Shown here: positions 1 through 15,967 of the stretch, piece by piece
Position numbering within the stretch: position 1 is the first letter of the stretch
How the letters are laid out: every line of letters starts with the position of its first letter
Assembly (NCBI GenBank): GCA_964016885.1
Contig: OZ024740.1
Span: 95,232,001 to 95,296,000 of the forward strand
Length of the DNA: 64,000 nt
Reading direction: 5' to 3'
Source: Eledone cirrhosa
Taxonomy: Eukaryota
Made by a program: the position numbers and the translations under genes
Notes under the pieces: model-generated
What the model saw: only the letters and a program-made list of their open reading frames with translations
The model's database searches: none
Told to the model about the DNA's origin: nothing

Positions 1-1418
1 TTTGGTACAGCACTTACCATTACTGCTAACATTTAATGCAAGAACAGCAACTTCGCCCATGTCAGACTTTATCCGTTTTCTGTAAGACGCCTGGTGGTCA
101 CGTATAAATAGCAAAACAGCTAGTCATTTGATACAGTGGCTCAACACGGCCCTTAGCGCCTCATTTTTCTTCTTGCATGCATTCTATGGTTCAATTTTCT
201 TTTCATTGATGTGCTCTTTCAGCATTTTTCCTGCTGATTCAATAATATTTATCGTCTTGCGACTAGGAATGGGGTATTGTAGTGAGCTACATTCCGCGAG
301 CTCATATAAATTCTCCGAGCGTTATTTGGCTCAGACCAGTTTATGGCCGCCAGCGGAGGAGAATGTATTTCTACGCGCCCTGAGAGAAAAAATCCCGCGT
401 CGATTCAAGAAATCTGTATTGCTGCTTGAACTCCGAAGGAAAAACAAACAATGTAACGGTGAGATATTCACTTTGGCCTGTCTGCCTTCTTTGGGACTTG
501 CACAGTGCCACATTCCTTTTGTAATCCTTTTATGTTTAACTTCAACCATACAATTTAACAAACATTACTTTGTGCTACAACAAATAAACATACATTTCAT
601 CTCTTATGTCTGCTGTTGACATCATTATTATGACAGTCGAGGCACTATTATCATCTATACATCACTGCTAAAAATTATGTACGCTATTTAAAACTAGATT
701 TTGCGTACGTTGTTCTAAAGCAATCAATAAGAATAAGTTCGAATTAATTTAAAACTAACATGGTAACAAATAATCAGTTTACCAATCAGTGTTTGTATTT
801 CGCTGTAACTTCGCTCTCTACATTAAAAAAGATTACCTATCGGATTCATTCGCTATGCAGAAGATTCAGATGAAAAGAACACCAGAATCACTGGCAATTC
901 GTAAATATTCTTTATGTGTGTATATTATTATTCGATGCAAATTTCATGTGATTATGGGCAGGAAACTCTGATTTATAATATGCATCTGAGTAAAATTATT
1001 GCCTTAGTAGCTCTCTCCTAATATTTAGTAGTACCTTATGTAATATATGTCTGAATGTCGGTGTAATTTTGAAAGATTTTTAAAAGTGAACAGAACTTCG
1101 CTCAAAATAATAACGCATAGAAATAGCCAAATCTGTTTCAGATTTAGACATACAAATTAGGTTTTCTAATTGTACTGATGTGCAGTAAATTATTCTCTAA
1201 CCGAATAATTACATTTTTCTAGCTGCGAATTTTATGTGACAAACGCATTCGTAAGACACGTGGTACCATCAACAATTATCACTGGCCTGGAAATCTATAA
1301 TTACAGGCAACATGAAACGGAACCTATTTCAAGCACATGTTATCTGTGATCTTTTGTATGACCCTTCAACATGGACCCGTACCACCAAACAGGAAATAAG
1401 TCCATTTGTATCCTTCAG

Positions 1419-1553
1419 TCAACTACTAAGAGTGGCTATGGATATCACTCGGAGAGATTGTCTGACTAATGAACAACTGTATGTGAATCTTTGTCCAGTA
1501 TCAGAGATGATAAAGAGCGCAGAATCCTATGCCGGAGAGCAAAAGAATAAATT
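1419..1553 (+). CDS. Candidate internal exon of an unidentified host gene
   Basis: Acceptor tttgtatccttcag, donor gtgagt; 135 nt, phase 2-2; only one open frame (QLLRVAMDITRRDCLTNEQLYVNLCPVSEMIKSAESYAGEQKNK). No homolog recognised. Confidence 0.4.
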
Positions 1554-4500
1554 GTGAGTAAAGTTCTTTTGCAGAAATTGAAAAGCAAATACTTTTACGA
1601 AGCCGATTTGTGACATCATAAACTGCAATCGCTCTGTGCTACCAAATATGTTTAACAATAAAATCAACAATAGTTGCGTCAAACATTTAGGATAGAAATG
1701 TTATTTACATTATAAATCGCTGTTAGTATTGTATGCTCTTGAAACCCGTTACTGCTCTTCAAACATATTGATATTCAACGTAACTAGAATAGGAAGTAAG
1801 AATAAAAAGAGGTAAAATACATTCTTGAGTTTCCCTAATGTGAAATTTAAATATTGTTTATTGTATGTAAATAATATAATATATTCTTTCATGAGTTTTC
1901 TCCTCACTATTTGTTAAGTGACTCAATCTTATTGGCTAACAAATTCGTATCAACTTCTCAGCAGGTTACATTTTGTTTTGCAATTGTAATGTAACGAAGA
2001 AATAAGTTTTTCTTTCTTATTTTAATCAATTCTCAAACCCGATACGGTATCTTAATGAAAAATAAAATTTGCTTTATGAATATGTATTTTTTCAATATGA
2101 TATGTTAATTTATCTCCGGAAGAGTAAGCTATGTAAACAGAGATATCTATGCATACAATGGTCTTATATTTGTTATATAATAACTATTAATCATTATTAA
2201 TTTTATGGTCTGTGTTTATTGGCTTGTATTTGTAAAACGCACAAGAAATATAATTTCCCTCTTTTTATCGCGCATACCATAAACATTTCTTTAGTACATA
2301 GATTGTCAACTTCAAACGAATGTTTCCCCAAGAAGCAAAATAATGCATATTTTAAAAATTATAATAACATTATGTTCTATAATATTCTTACACGTTGAAT
2401 TTAACTGGACTAAAATTCAGTTTTATTTCTTCACTCGGTACCTCGAACAAAAAATCCATATTTCGTTTTCACTAGATGTAAAACCATTAAAAAGTATTTC
2501 TATATATTCATAATATTGAACTCCTTTCAGAGTAAGTGTTTTTGTGCACATATCAAACATTATATCTTCAAAAATGTTTTTTTTCAATGGTTTAATGACT
2601 ACGTAACGGAACATTTCCTTAAACATAACAATTAAAATCGCTTACTGTAATTTTCTTCCCGACAATAATTTCCATTTCAAGAATAGCTAATATAAATATG
2701 AATGTCACTATTGCTGTTATGATAGCAAATAATTTGTTTTTGATGGAATAAATGAGGTTGTTCAGAGAAATGTTGAATATATTTGACTAAGCCAGTCATA
2801 GCTTTAGAAATATCTACTTCCTTTCTCGGAAACATTTGAACAAATAAATATAATCAAGTCCATTGTAATATTGTCTTGCATATTTTATCACTTGTTTTAT
2901 TGACGTATACATTTAAATTATGCCCGATTTGATATCTCACAACACATCAGCGATAACTATATTATTGTTGCTCTGTTCATATCTTTTGTTCACGTTTTTA
3001 TGTCTAATCTAAATATAATTTGATATTTCGAGAAAATGTTGATACTCGTTAAGGTCAGACTGTCTGGTGGCTGTTAACTATCTCAATATCATCAGCATGA
3101 CCAAATACACCATTTTCTTCATTTTATTCACTTTTACTGCAACGAGAAAATGGACGTGGAATTACAGATAATTGTGTACATGAATATCTGTTTCTTTCAT
3201 TCTGCCTTTGGATTAAAGTAACGCACTGGTCAACATGGCATTAATCATTTCGCGCTCGAGAATATAATTAAGAATTGAAGTACTTGGATCAATTTCAACG
3301 AGTTTCTCCAGCTCCCAAAACTACTGGCCTTGAGACAAAAGGGAAAACAATATCACGATATCAACAGGATGTAACCTAACATTGAGAGTGGATGCATAGA
3401 TGTAAATGAGGAATATTTCCTCTCTCTCATTCTCTATTTCTATACCTCTTTATCTCTATTTCTTTCTCTCTTTATTTCCCCCTCTCTCTCTATGTCTCTC
3501 TCTGTCTCTTCCCCCTCTCGCTCGGGGTTATTTCACCATCATTAGTTTATTCTATGATATATATTTCCTTTATATTGTTATGCATGTGACTTCCTCAGAC
3601 GCTCTACAATCATAGGTGTAGTTATGGAATGATGGGGATCTTGTTGTTATGTCAGCAGACATGCTATTAAGTTCTAAAAGGAGATGTATCAGCCTTCTTA
3701 TTGATTCAGTTTCTGAGCTCCGGACAACGTTCCTATACTTAATAGCTGGCATACTTACTGTTACATCCTAGATTTTTGTCTATTTTTTCGTCCTTAGTAT
3801 GTAGCTCTCGCTATCATCATATCACAGATATCACAATAAAACATTCAGACACATGTTTGAGAATCAGTTACCATTGGCATCTATTCACTTGGGAATTTGA
3901 AATGAAAACACCTAAATGGTTCTATATGATTTCCGGCATGAAATATCAACTCGGGATGCTTTTTAAAAGATACTTCAAAATGTATCATCGATTGCAGATA
4001 TTTAGTTGAACCTAGTGGGAAATTTATGAGCTAGAATTAATTACTAATTGTACTAAAGTATCGCGATTCATAATCGGTGTGTATATAGAGGCATATATTA
4101 ATAAAATGCGTATATTAAACACAAAAACATCTCGCAAAAATATTTTAGACTGTTCATCATGTCGTTGCTCTTTCAGGAGAGACTGAAAAAGCCACACATA
4201 AGCCCTTCATTTGTATACATCATCGGGTTAATTTAGTCACTCGGTAGTGAGACAATGATAAGCTTATCACTCAGCCGCAATTGTAGGCATGAAACTTCGA
4301 ATGGAGATGGTCATTTGCATACATTTTGAATTTGACCGTCTAGAATTAAATAGCCGTAGAACTACATGGCTTTATTCACAATGGAAATATGTTTGTGTGT
4401 AAAAAAAGAAAGTTATAAGAACAAGAGTCTCGCTATATATACCACTGACAGCGATCATTTCACATGCTCTAATTAGTTGATGATAATATATTGCATGTAT

Positions 4501-5299
4501 ATCTGACTTTCTCTCCTTTGGCAGTGACAATTCTCACTTGGCATTCAAAAAAGAATAATGTAAATCTCATATACTTAATTGAGTATTAAAACTCGGTTGG
4601 GTATACACATTTGCATATTGTAGGAACATTACCGGTTAGAATTAATTATCACTGTTATTCATATATTTTACATTATTATATTTTATATATACACTTGTAT
4701 ATAGATAGAGGTATGTATCTGTGTGTGTGTGTGTATGTATGTGTGTGTGTGTATGGGTGTGCGCGTGTGTATATGTGTGTGTGTGTGTGTGTGGGTGTGT
4801 GTAAGTATTGGTATGTTCAACAACCTTTTCTTAAAACGAACCGGCAGAAATTGTAATGCTCCAACGTATTTTAATTAAAACATTCATTGGACCATGAAAT
4901 CAAAGGAAGATAGTATATATCTACCGTTGTTCAAGAATCATAATTATATTAATGGTTGATAAGTGTTGGCCTTCATTCAAATTCATGACATACGCAGCAG
5001 TAACATTCCCATTTCTAATCATACTTCTTAACAGGTGATAATTCATTTATATTAACTAGAATGGTATTTTACGATTCACAGCGATTCTAAACACGTTGTT
5101 CATAAACACAGTATTGTCCCTCACATTAATACACACGTACTCATTCCATATAGCTGTGTGTGGAGGTATGCGGATGGGGTGTGTTTATATATATATATAT
5201 ATATGGTCTTTAAAAATCTTATTCCTAACATCAGTCGTAGGATCTCTACCTTATCTTTTCTATAGATATTTTTAATAAAGCTACCCCTTATTATAATAA

Positions 5300-6030
5300 G
5301 GCCCTCATTAACAGCGGCTTCACCGAACAAATCAAATATTTTCCTACTCCTCTTTCTAACACTAAACACCTTAACAGGAAAAGAAAAATGAGATGGTTTA
5401 CCTCTCTTTTCTCTCTAACAGTTAAAACTAACGTAGGAAGAAAATTCCTCGAACTCCTAGAAAATCATTTTCCCCAAAATCATAGATATAATAAGATAGT
5501 TAATAGAAATTTAGTTAAAGTCAGCTACTCGTGCTGCCCATCAATGAAAACCCAAATCACCAACTCGAATGTAGCTAGAGGAAACCCAGGATGCAGCTGC
5601 AGGAAACCTGAAGAATGCACATTACAGGGCAAATGAAATACCAAATCTATTGAATATGAGACCAAGTTGACACCGATTATAAATAACCAGCTAGCCAGAA
5701 GTGAGCGGAATGTTGGCATGAGACAGGACAAATTTAGAACCAGGTAGTATGAACACGTCGCTTAATTCAAACACCATGAAAAAAGAAGATCAACGGCGCT
5801 GGCAAATGAAGTGTGGGTGTTTAAAAACAGAAACATTCATACTCTATTGATTGGTCAATTTTAGACCACTCAAACGAACATCAAAGAGGCACAAAGAAAT
5901 GTTCTTCGTTTATAACGGAAAAATCTAGAATTCTTCAAAATCTGAAAACCGCTCCCACTTGCCTCAAATCTAAGACTCATATCTTCAGAAGTTGTCAGCA
6001 CCTGAAATCAGATCTAATTTTTAGCTGGAT
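5300..6030 (+). mobile_element. Degenerate Penelope-like element fragment (RT C-terminus plus GIY-YIG endonuclease), Hydra-clade-like
   Basis: RWFTSLFSLTVKTNVGRKFLELLENHFP...KVSYSC, CSCRKPEECTL linker, then interrupted endonuclease sequence with stops. Confidence 0.8.
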
Positions 6031-6624
6031 TAATACACCAACGATCACTCAACAACCCTGAGCTTCCTCTTTACATATTAACCCTTCCACTCACTACCAT
6101 TATCATCACTTTGCGAACACCAAAACGTACCCAGTCATCATATAAACAAATAATATCTAACCAATATATACCTTTTTCTCCCTCATGTCTATTTATTTAT
6201 TTCATTTGATTTATACTTCCCTCCTTTTTTTCTGCCATATTTTAACAGATACACACCCACCACCATCATTATGTCCTCTTATTATAACAAAAGATCAGTT
6301 TATAACCACATATTTTTATCCAGATCTATTTACAAACATTTAATTTCCACCACAATTAATAATTTATACACTTTTTTCTTCCTCATCTCTTCATTTTATA
6401 TTATATTATTTTAGTTATAACCCCCTGTCCTTACACACCCACCATGTTTTGAGTATATATACGTTTTTATTTTTATATGTCATTTTTATAATTGAGTTTG
6501 TTTCCTCACTTAGTTCCATTATATAGTTTGTCTTAAATATGTCTATAACAATGCATACATATGTTTGCATGCGTATACGTGTGGGTAAGTACGGATGTAC
6601 ACACACGCGCACACGCACACACAC

Positions 6625-6676
<52 letters not shown>

Positions 6677-6987
6677 AGATTTGAATGGATACAGTTTAGT
6701 TGAAAGGAATTTATTGACACGTGTTTCTATAACAGTTACGTAACCTAAAACAGCTGCTATCTACAAACTTTTAGTTATGCAGACATTCAATATTTCAATG
6801 TTATTATTTACTGTCATTTCATCAGAATAATATTACTGAGGACCTATTTAGTTTGTATAGAGAATATTAGGAGGGAGGGGTGAAGTTGTTAGAAGAATAG
6901 TTGAAGGGGTGGTTTTTCGATAGCAGTGAGAATTCTTGGTGGCAGTGAGTAATTAGATTCCCATCTGTTGTTTTGACATTTTTTATG

Positions 6988-7057
<70 letters not shown>

Positions 7058-7361
7058 TTATGTGAATGTGCGCGTGTCTATATGTGTGTGTATGTATTAC
7101 GTGTGTTATGTCCTCTTCCTTTTATTGTTTACGTGCGTATGTATCTATTTATGTGTGTGCATGCGCACACGCATAAATACATGCGTATATATATATGTAC
7201 ATCTACGCGTGTGTATGTCTATGCGTATGTATGTACATATATGTATGTATATATATATATATATGTATAATATATATATATATACATACATACGCATATA
7301 CATATACACGTGTACATGCACATAGATATATATACGTATGTATTTATGTGTGTGCGCATGT

Positions 7362-7411
<50 letters not shown>

Positions 7412-7443
7412 AGATCAAAAGATGGTTAAAGGAGTTCAATATA

Positions 7444-7510
7444 TTTTATTATGCGCATTTCAAAAACAAACATCATCAAACAATAATATTTGTGTTTTCA
7501 TCAGATAAAA
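7444..7510 (-). ncRNA. Type-I hammerhead ribozyme (inverted copy)
   Basis: Reverse complement of 10528-10594. Confidence 0.8.
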
Positions 7511-10500
7511 CAGGAGAACATGATATGAAGGCTAAAAAAACACTTGTTGATAGTGCAGTTTTAAATCAACATATGAAAAGTGGTTTTAGATTGATGTGTG
7601 ATATTGGGAAAAATATTTTATTTAGAGAGGGGGAGAGAAAAGGATGAAAAGGGAAGGAGATGAGAGGGAGAGATGGGTGATAGAGAGAAAGAGATAGTTT
7701 TTATAACAGAGAGGAGATATATTTTATATAGAGGGGTTGAAAGCCGTTGGAAGATACTGTATAAATTAAAAATTTTTGAAAATTAACGAAGGGAGGATAT
7801 GTGCGAGGAAAAAATATATTATATTTAGGGAGGGGTGGGGGTGGAAAGGATGAAAAAAAGGGGAGGAGATGAGAGTGAAGGTGGAAAGGGAGAGATGGGT
7901 GATAGAGAGAAAGAGATAGTTTTTATAACTGAGAAAAAGATATAATGTTTTAATATAGAGAGGTTGGGAACCGTTGGAAGATAATGTATAAATTAAAGGA
8001 ATTTGAAAATTAACGAAGGGAAATTATGTATGGAGATAGAGAGAAAAAAAAATAACGAAGGGAGATTATGTATGGAGATAGAGAGAAAAAAAAAAAAAAA
8101 AAAAAAAAAAAATAATAATTGTGGGTGAATATTCAAAAGGAGAAATGTAGGAATCTTAAAATTAGCAAAGAGAAAATGTTTATGTATAGGATTTGAGAAA
8201 AATAATGTGAAGTTAAAGTTTTTATATTGAATTCATATGTATTAATAATGAGTTCGTTGATGGGGAGAAAATAATAATAATAAATTAAGGATGAAATTGA
8301 GATTAAAAAGATTTATGATAGAGAGAAAAAATAATAATGATTGCGGATGAATACTCAAAATGTCAAAAACAAATGTTATTGTTTTACGAAGAGATATAAT
8401 GAGGGTGATGAGTAAACGGGTATTATAGAGTGTATAATGCCCTTTAAAGTAAGGTAGATGGGTATGTTTTAAAGAATATATGAGTATATATTAAAAAAAA
8501 TATATAATAATAAATTAAGGATGAAATTGAGATTAAAAAGATTTATGATAGAGGGAAAAAAAATAATAATGATTGCGGATGAATATTCAAAATGTCAAAA
8601 ACAAATGTTATTGTTTTACGAGAAGATAGGATGAGGTAAATGAATAAACGAGTACTATAGAGTGTATAATGCCCTTTAAAGTAAGGTAGATGGGTATATT
8701 TTAAAGAGGTGTATGTATATGTGCCTTTGAGAAAAGATTCTAAATTGATAAAGAATTGAATATTAACTGTATACTTTGTGAAAAGTTCTATGGAATTTAT
8801 GGAGGCAGATGGAAAACAAATCCGAGCGTCTATTTATTATGGATTCTAGGTTAGAGATAATGGTAAATTTTTCATTTAGGCAGAGATTACAGATTTTAGA
8901 TAGAGAACTGTTCAAGTACGAGGATGCAGAAGAAATCTTTTTCCAAAAGATGTTATATTTAATGTTTTTGTCTTTTAAGGACCATATGAGTTCTGAGAGA
9001 GTTCTTTCAAAGAGAGTTCTTTCAAATACAAACTTAAAAGAACTAACACTGCTCTCTCAGAACTCATATGGTCCTTAAAAGACAAAAACATTAAATATAA
9101 CATCTTTTGGAAAAAGATTTCTTCTGCATCCTCGTACTTGAACAGTTCTCTATCTAAAATCTGTAATCTCTGCCTAAATGAAAAATTTACCATTATCTCT
9201 AACCTTGAATCCATAATAAATAGACGCTCGGATTTGTTTTCCATCTGCCTCCATAAATTCCATAGAACTTTTCACAAAGTATACAGTTAATATTCAATTC
9301 TTTATCAATTTAGAATCTTTTCTCAAAGGCACATATACATACACCTCTTTAAAATATACCCATCTACCTTACTTTAAAGGGCATTATACACTCTATAGTA
9401 CTCGTTTATTCATTTACCTCATCCTATCTTCTCGTAAAACAATAACATTTGTTTTTGACATTTTGAATATTCATCCGCAATCATTTTTTTTTTTCCCTCT
9501 ATCATAAATCTTTTTAATCTCAATTTCATCCTTAATTTATTATTATATATTTTTAATATATACTCATATATTCTTTAAAACATACCCATCTACCTTACTT
9601 TAAAGGGCATTATACACTCTATAATACCCGTTTACTCATCACCCTCATTATATCTCTTCGTAAAACAATAACATTTGTTTTTGACATTTTGAGTATTCAT
9701 CCGCAATCATTATTATTTTTTCTCTCTATCATAAATCTTTTTAATCTCAATTTCATCCTTAATTTATTATTATTTTTTTCTCCCCATCAACGAACTCATT
9801 ATTAATACATATGAATTCAATATAAAAACTTTAACTTCACATTATTTTTCTCAAATCCTATACATAAACATTTTCTCTTTGCTAATTTTAAGATTCCTAC
9901 ATTTCTCCTTTTGAATATTCACCCACAATTATTATTTTTTTTTTTTTTTTTTCTCTCTATCTCCATACATAATCTCCCTTCGTTATTTTTTTTTCTCTCT
10001 ATCTCCATACATAATTTCCCTTCGTTAATTTTCAAATTCCTTTAATTTATACATTATCTTCCAACGGTTCCCAACCTCTCTATATTAAAACATTATATCT
10101 TTTTCTCAGTTATAAAAACTATCTCTTTCTCTCTATCACCCATCTCTCCCTTTCCACCTTCACTCTCATCTCCTCCCCTTTTTTTCATCCTTTCCACCCC
10201 CACCCCTCCCTAAATATAATATATTTTTTCCTCGCACATATCCTCCCTTCGTTAATTTTCAAAAATTTTTAATTTATACAGTATCTTCCAACGGCTTTCA
10301 ACCCCTCTATATAAAATATATCTCCTCTCTGTTATAAAAACTATCTCTTTCTCTCTATCACCCATCTCTCCCTCTCATCTCCTTCCCTTTTCATCCTTTT
10401 CTCTCCCCCTCTCTAAATAAAATATTTTTCCCAATATCACACATCAATCTAAAACCACTTTTCATATGTTGATTTAAAACTGCACTATCAACAAGTGTTT

Positions 10501-10527
10501 TTTTAGCCTTCATATCATGTTCTCCTG

Positions 10528-10594
10528 TTTTATCTGATGAAAACACAAATATTATTGTTTGATGATGTTTGTTTTTGAAATGCGCATAATAAAA
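10528..10594 (+). ncRNA. Type-I hammerhead ribozyme
   Basis: ttttat CTGATGA aaacacaaat...gtttgttttt GAAA tgcgca TA ataaaa; 6-bp stem I, 10-bp stem II with one mismatch, palindromic stem III ATGCGCAT. Confidence 0.82.
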
Positions 10595-10717
10595 TATATT
10601 GAACTCCTTTAACCATCTTTTGATCTTATATTATGCATACTCCAGTCCCACAAACTGTAGAGTGCTTCTTATCCGATATCTGCATTGCTTTATTGTACTA
10701 CAATAAAACTCACCTCC

Positions 10718-11078
<361 letters not shown>

Positions 11079-11082
<4 letters not shown>

Positions 11083-11260
11083 AAAAAGTAAGACCTCGAG
11101 GGCAGAGCTCAAGCCGTTTCGACGGCTATTTCTGGACTGAGTCCAGAAATAACCGTCGAATCTGGGTGTTTCTTTTCCTATTACCCACTCTACTACCCTA
11201 AATATTGAGTATTCTGGTGCGTTATGGTCCATCTGATTCCTTAGCACAATTCCTTCGTTA
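11079..11260 (+). mobile_element. Mini fold-back copy of the 18.3-18.5 kb PLE terminus
   Basis: Shares the tagccgtcgaa and tattacccactctactacc...ttccttcgtta sequence; hairpin apex ggactgagtcc. Confidence 0.8.
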
Positions 11261-11378
11261 TATATATATATATATACATATATATGTGTGTCTGCGAGTG
11301 TATAAGGGTGCGTGGATGTATGTGTGTATATATATATGTGTGTGTATATATATGTGTGTGTATATATATGTGTGTGTA

Positions 11379-11481
<103 letters not shown>

Positions 11482-11489
11482 ATATACAT

Positions 11490-14400
11490 TTTCCGACCAA
11501 CCATACCGGGGTCGAGAGTACCTTGGACGACTTGAAAATGGAATTAACGAGCTTAAGGAATATACAGGAATACTCGTTCATGCCAACATAACCAACAACA
11601 TTTACAGCATGAACGTTCAAATTTACCATGAGCTAATCCTCAGGGAATTGAGAAAAAGCGAAAAAAAATTCCCGCGGCAACCCTGGAGGATATCAACATT
11701 AACGCTTATAAGATCGTATCTGGTCTTGGCATAGATGATACGACGGCCCCATACCCCCAAGGTAGCCGAGGATTACCATTAAGGACCACACACCAAACTT
11801 TGAGTCTACCCTGCCTGTCAGACTGATAGCCCCCTCCCGGTCAGACATGGGGGTTATCAGCAAAAGTATTTAGATAGGCTCCTGTCCACACTTAAGAGTA
11901 ACATAAGGTTACAACTCTGCTCCTGCACCAGTCAGGTGCTGGACTGGTTTACATTTTACCTGACAATGATAAGACTAGCTTCATACAACTAGACATCAAT
12001 AATTACTACTCCTCTATCTCGCCCATAGTTCTGAACAAGAAACTCATATTCGCTATTAATAGGACAGACATAAACGCGCGACGATGTCCGAATCATACAC
12101 GCCGCCAGAAAGACACTGATCTGATTCGGTAGGACCATATGGACACGGAGTGACTGGCCAAATTATTTTGACATTACAATGGGCTCGAGTGAATCCGCAC
12201 AGCTAACGGACTTAGTTGGTATATGCATACACTACGAGATCAGGAACGAAATACCCAACATGTGTGGCGGGTTGTACCGAGACGATACACTCTTCACCGT
12301 CGTCGACCACAACACCGCAATGGTGAAAATATGAAGAGGAGAATTAGACACTCCTTTAGCAAGGTAGGAATTAAAGTAGAGATGGAACCCAAGAGAAAAG
12401 TAGTGAATTTCCTGGACACCACCCACAGCCTCAACACCAAGCTACACCACCCATATTATAAACCCAATGAGAAGCTGGTGTATATCAACGCTGGTTCCAA
12501 TCACCCTAGATCTATAATTAATGCCGTAATTAAGAGTCTCTGACAGGATATCTAAGTTGTCTGCCAATAAAGAGATCTTCAATAGTAATGCTGATTACTA
12601 TAACTCAGCGCTAGCTAAGGCAATCCCACAACCATAGGATCAGCTATAACCACAAGGGACATGATCCAGATGACCCAAGGATACCCGGGGCCAATAACTT
12701 CAGTGGCATGGGTCGCCCACCTAACACCTTGCTGACCAGTAGTAACACTCTCAAACCCCTCTCCATCATTACCCCCGGTAGAGGGTCCAGCATACCACAC
12801 CGGTCTAATACCTACAATGCTGAACACCACTGCTGTACGGGGCATAGGCACCCCTGCTCAGGCCCCACCACATGCTGAACCCTAATTTAGTAGGGAGGCC
12901 GCACCGGCTGGTCTATAACCCCACGGTGGGCCCTTATAACCCTCATGATAGTGACCGCTGCGCACACCTGAGTGCCAACAACCCCGCAAAATAGGACCAG
13001 GAAGGTCATAAGGTATAACCCCCCGTACTCGGTGGGTGTACATACCAGACTGGCTAGAACACTTTTTAGAGTACTGGATAAATGTTTCCCTCGGCCCCAC
13101 AAGTACCATCAAATATTCAACAGGCACACGGTGAAACTTTCCTACTCAACCACATGCTCCGTACCCCAGCACATAGCCGGCATAAATAGGAATAGGCTCA
13201 CATCCTCTAATAACACCGTAATCTCCGGAGCCACCCAACAGAACCAGCACGCGGGACACACCAAACTCCGTACAGGCCCATCTAGCACACTGGAACCCAA
13301 CGACCATGTGCTGATTGCGGCGGCTTGCCAGCCAACCGCGAGTGATGGTAACCACGCGGTACATGTGCTGGTGCTTAAGAAGTCATGCAGTTGCAGAGAC
13401 ACATCACTATGTCCCATTAGTAATGAATGCATGACGAAAAACGTAGTCTACAAGTGCAAGGTGACAACCCCTAACTCGGAGCACCACTACATAGGATCCA
13501 CAGCCACGAGCTTCAAAGGTAGGTGGTATAACCATCGCCATTCCTTTAACATAATATAAAAGAGGAAATGTACGGCCCTTTCTGAATTGATCTGGAGCTT
13601 AAACTTGAAAATACCCCGCACTCTCTGCTCTGGTCCGAGGTTAGAAAGGTTCCCCCAGGCAGACGTGAGTCTGGTATTTGCAACCTCTGTCTGAGTGTGA
13701 CACTTGAGATACTTAATGGAGGAACCAAGCTATTAAAGAGAAGAGACGAGTTATTCGGCGCCTGCAGACACCTAAGAACGGGAAATTTCCTCTAGCTATA
13801 TGGATAAACCCCGGTTCTGGCCTGCCACAACGCACCCGCCCCCCTGTATGTCCCCAACACCCAGTCCCAATGGCCAATGGACTACAACGGATCCTCTTCT
13901 GATTAGGAGGCAACAAAACCTCGTTTATTGAACCTGAGGCATCCGGGAGTGGCCCACACAGGAAGAACAAGCATACAAAGGTACTAACCCTATACACATG
14001 AATGAGTGCCCGCAACCGTACATAGTGTGTGTATACTGGGATTACGTGTGTGTACACACTTATATAAACGCAAAGAAATACTAATACCCCAGGTTGCATT
14101 TGCAAAAATGTTCAAGTGTATGCTTAGGAGTATGTTTGTATATGCTCTCTTGTATGAGTGCACATGTGCATATAGACATACACGCGCATCCAGAGGTACA
14201 AAAGTGTGGCTGGGTATGTGTATCTGTACTAAGGGATTCGCCTAAGCTCCAAAGCCCCGAAGTTATTGCAGTGAAGATATATATCACATTCTACTTTGTC
14301 TAGTCTAAACAATAACTTTTCCAAACAACCACTTTCATTTTCTTTAAAAATAACACCCACCTTGTTTTATGTCTGCCATATACATGGATTTGGGGGCCTC

Positions 14401-15165
14401 TGTCGCATATATATATATATATGTATGGACTTGGGCGTACATATATATATATACACACCTGTATGGATGTGTGTGTGTGTCTGTGAGGGGGTAGGTGTGA
14501 GTGTATGTACAAGTCAACCAACATAGGTCTTTTTATTTCTAAACTCACTAAGTATTTGACTCTTACAATAATTTTCAGTATTATCACCCCACATTAATTC
14601 CTCAATGTGTATGTGTGGATGTGTGTGTGTGACTGTGGGGGTGGGTGTGAATGTATGTGCAAGTCAACCAACATAAGTCTTTTTATATGTAAATTTTCTA
14701 GTATTCTACTCTAACCATAATTTTAAGTAGTACCACCCTACATACATTCCTCAATTTAAGATTGACCTGTAGTATCGAATTTCATACTATAAACCCCAAT
14801 TGAATATATATCTTACCAGGAATGCTTTTTGGAATATCAGTCATATGGAACTATTGTCATATTGCCTGATGTTTTGAACTCTACCACACCACCTGCCCCT
14901 TTTAGGTCAAATACCAACCCTACTAGCATCTACAAGCTCACCAATGAGAATTAAGATTATTCCTGCTGACAACATTAAATTATTCCTAACAAGCTCATAT
15001 GTCCCAAGGCTCTGATAAAATCAACACGATTATCACAGAGGTGGCATATCTAAGAACTGACTAACTGCCTGATGAGGTCATAGCCACTCAATGGCTATCA
15101 TCGAAATGTATATAGCAGTAAATACAGGATTATGAGTTCATGCAATTGACTTTTGTTTCGGCACT
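11490..15165 (+). mobile_element. Large degenerate Hydra-clade-like PLE (RT, linker, GIY-YIG, 3' UTR, HHR)
   Basis: Fragments ITIKDHTPNF, FDITMGSSESAQLTDLVG, GGLYRDD, VNFLD, YINAGSNHP, CSCRDTSLCP, VVY...YIG, CNLCL; frameshifted; internal duplication near 14460-14755. Confidence 0.88.
15064..15119 (+). ncRNA. Type-I hammerhead ribozyme
   Basis: actgc CTGATGA ggtcatagcca ctcaa tggctatcatc GAAA tgtata TA gcagt. Confidence 0.85.
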
Positions 15166-15296
15166 ATATATATATATAATGTGAGTATGTGTGTGTGTGT
15201 ATATATTTACGATTGCGTCTATGAGCACGTATAACGGTAAGCGTGCGCACGTTCGTGTGAACTTGTGTATGTATGTATATATATGCATATATATAT

Positions 15297-15830
<534 letters not shown>

Positions 15831-15888
15831 CATGAGTGTATGTGTAGAGATATGTGTGTATGTGTATATGGTTGTGTGTGTATATATT

Positions 15889-15960
<72 letters not shown>

Positions 15961-15967
15961 AACGAAT

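Noticed and set aside
190-330. Minus-strand YPIPSRKTI resembling a hAT transposase
   Set aside because: A single short motif with surrounding stops; insufficient.
8809-9244. Twin MENKSERLF ORFs on opposite strands
   Set aside because: Antisense frames created by the palindrome; the real coding frame is the GIY-YIG C-terminus.
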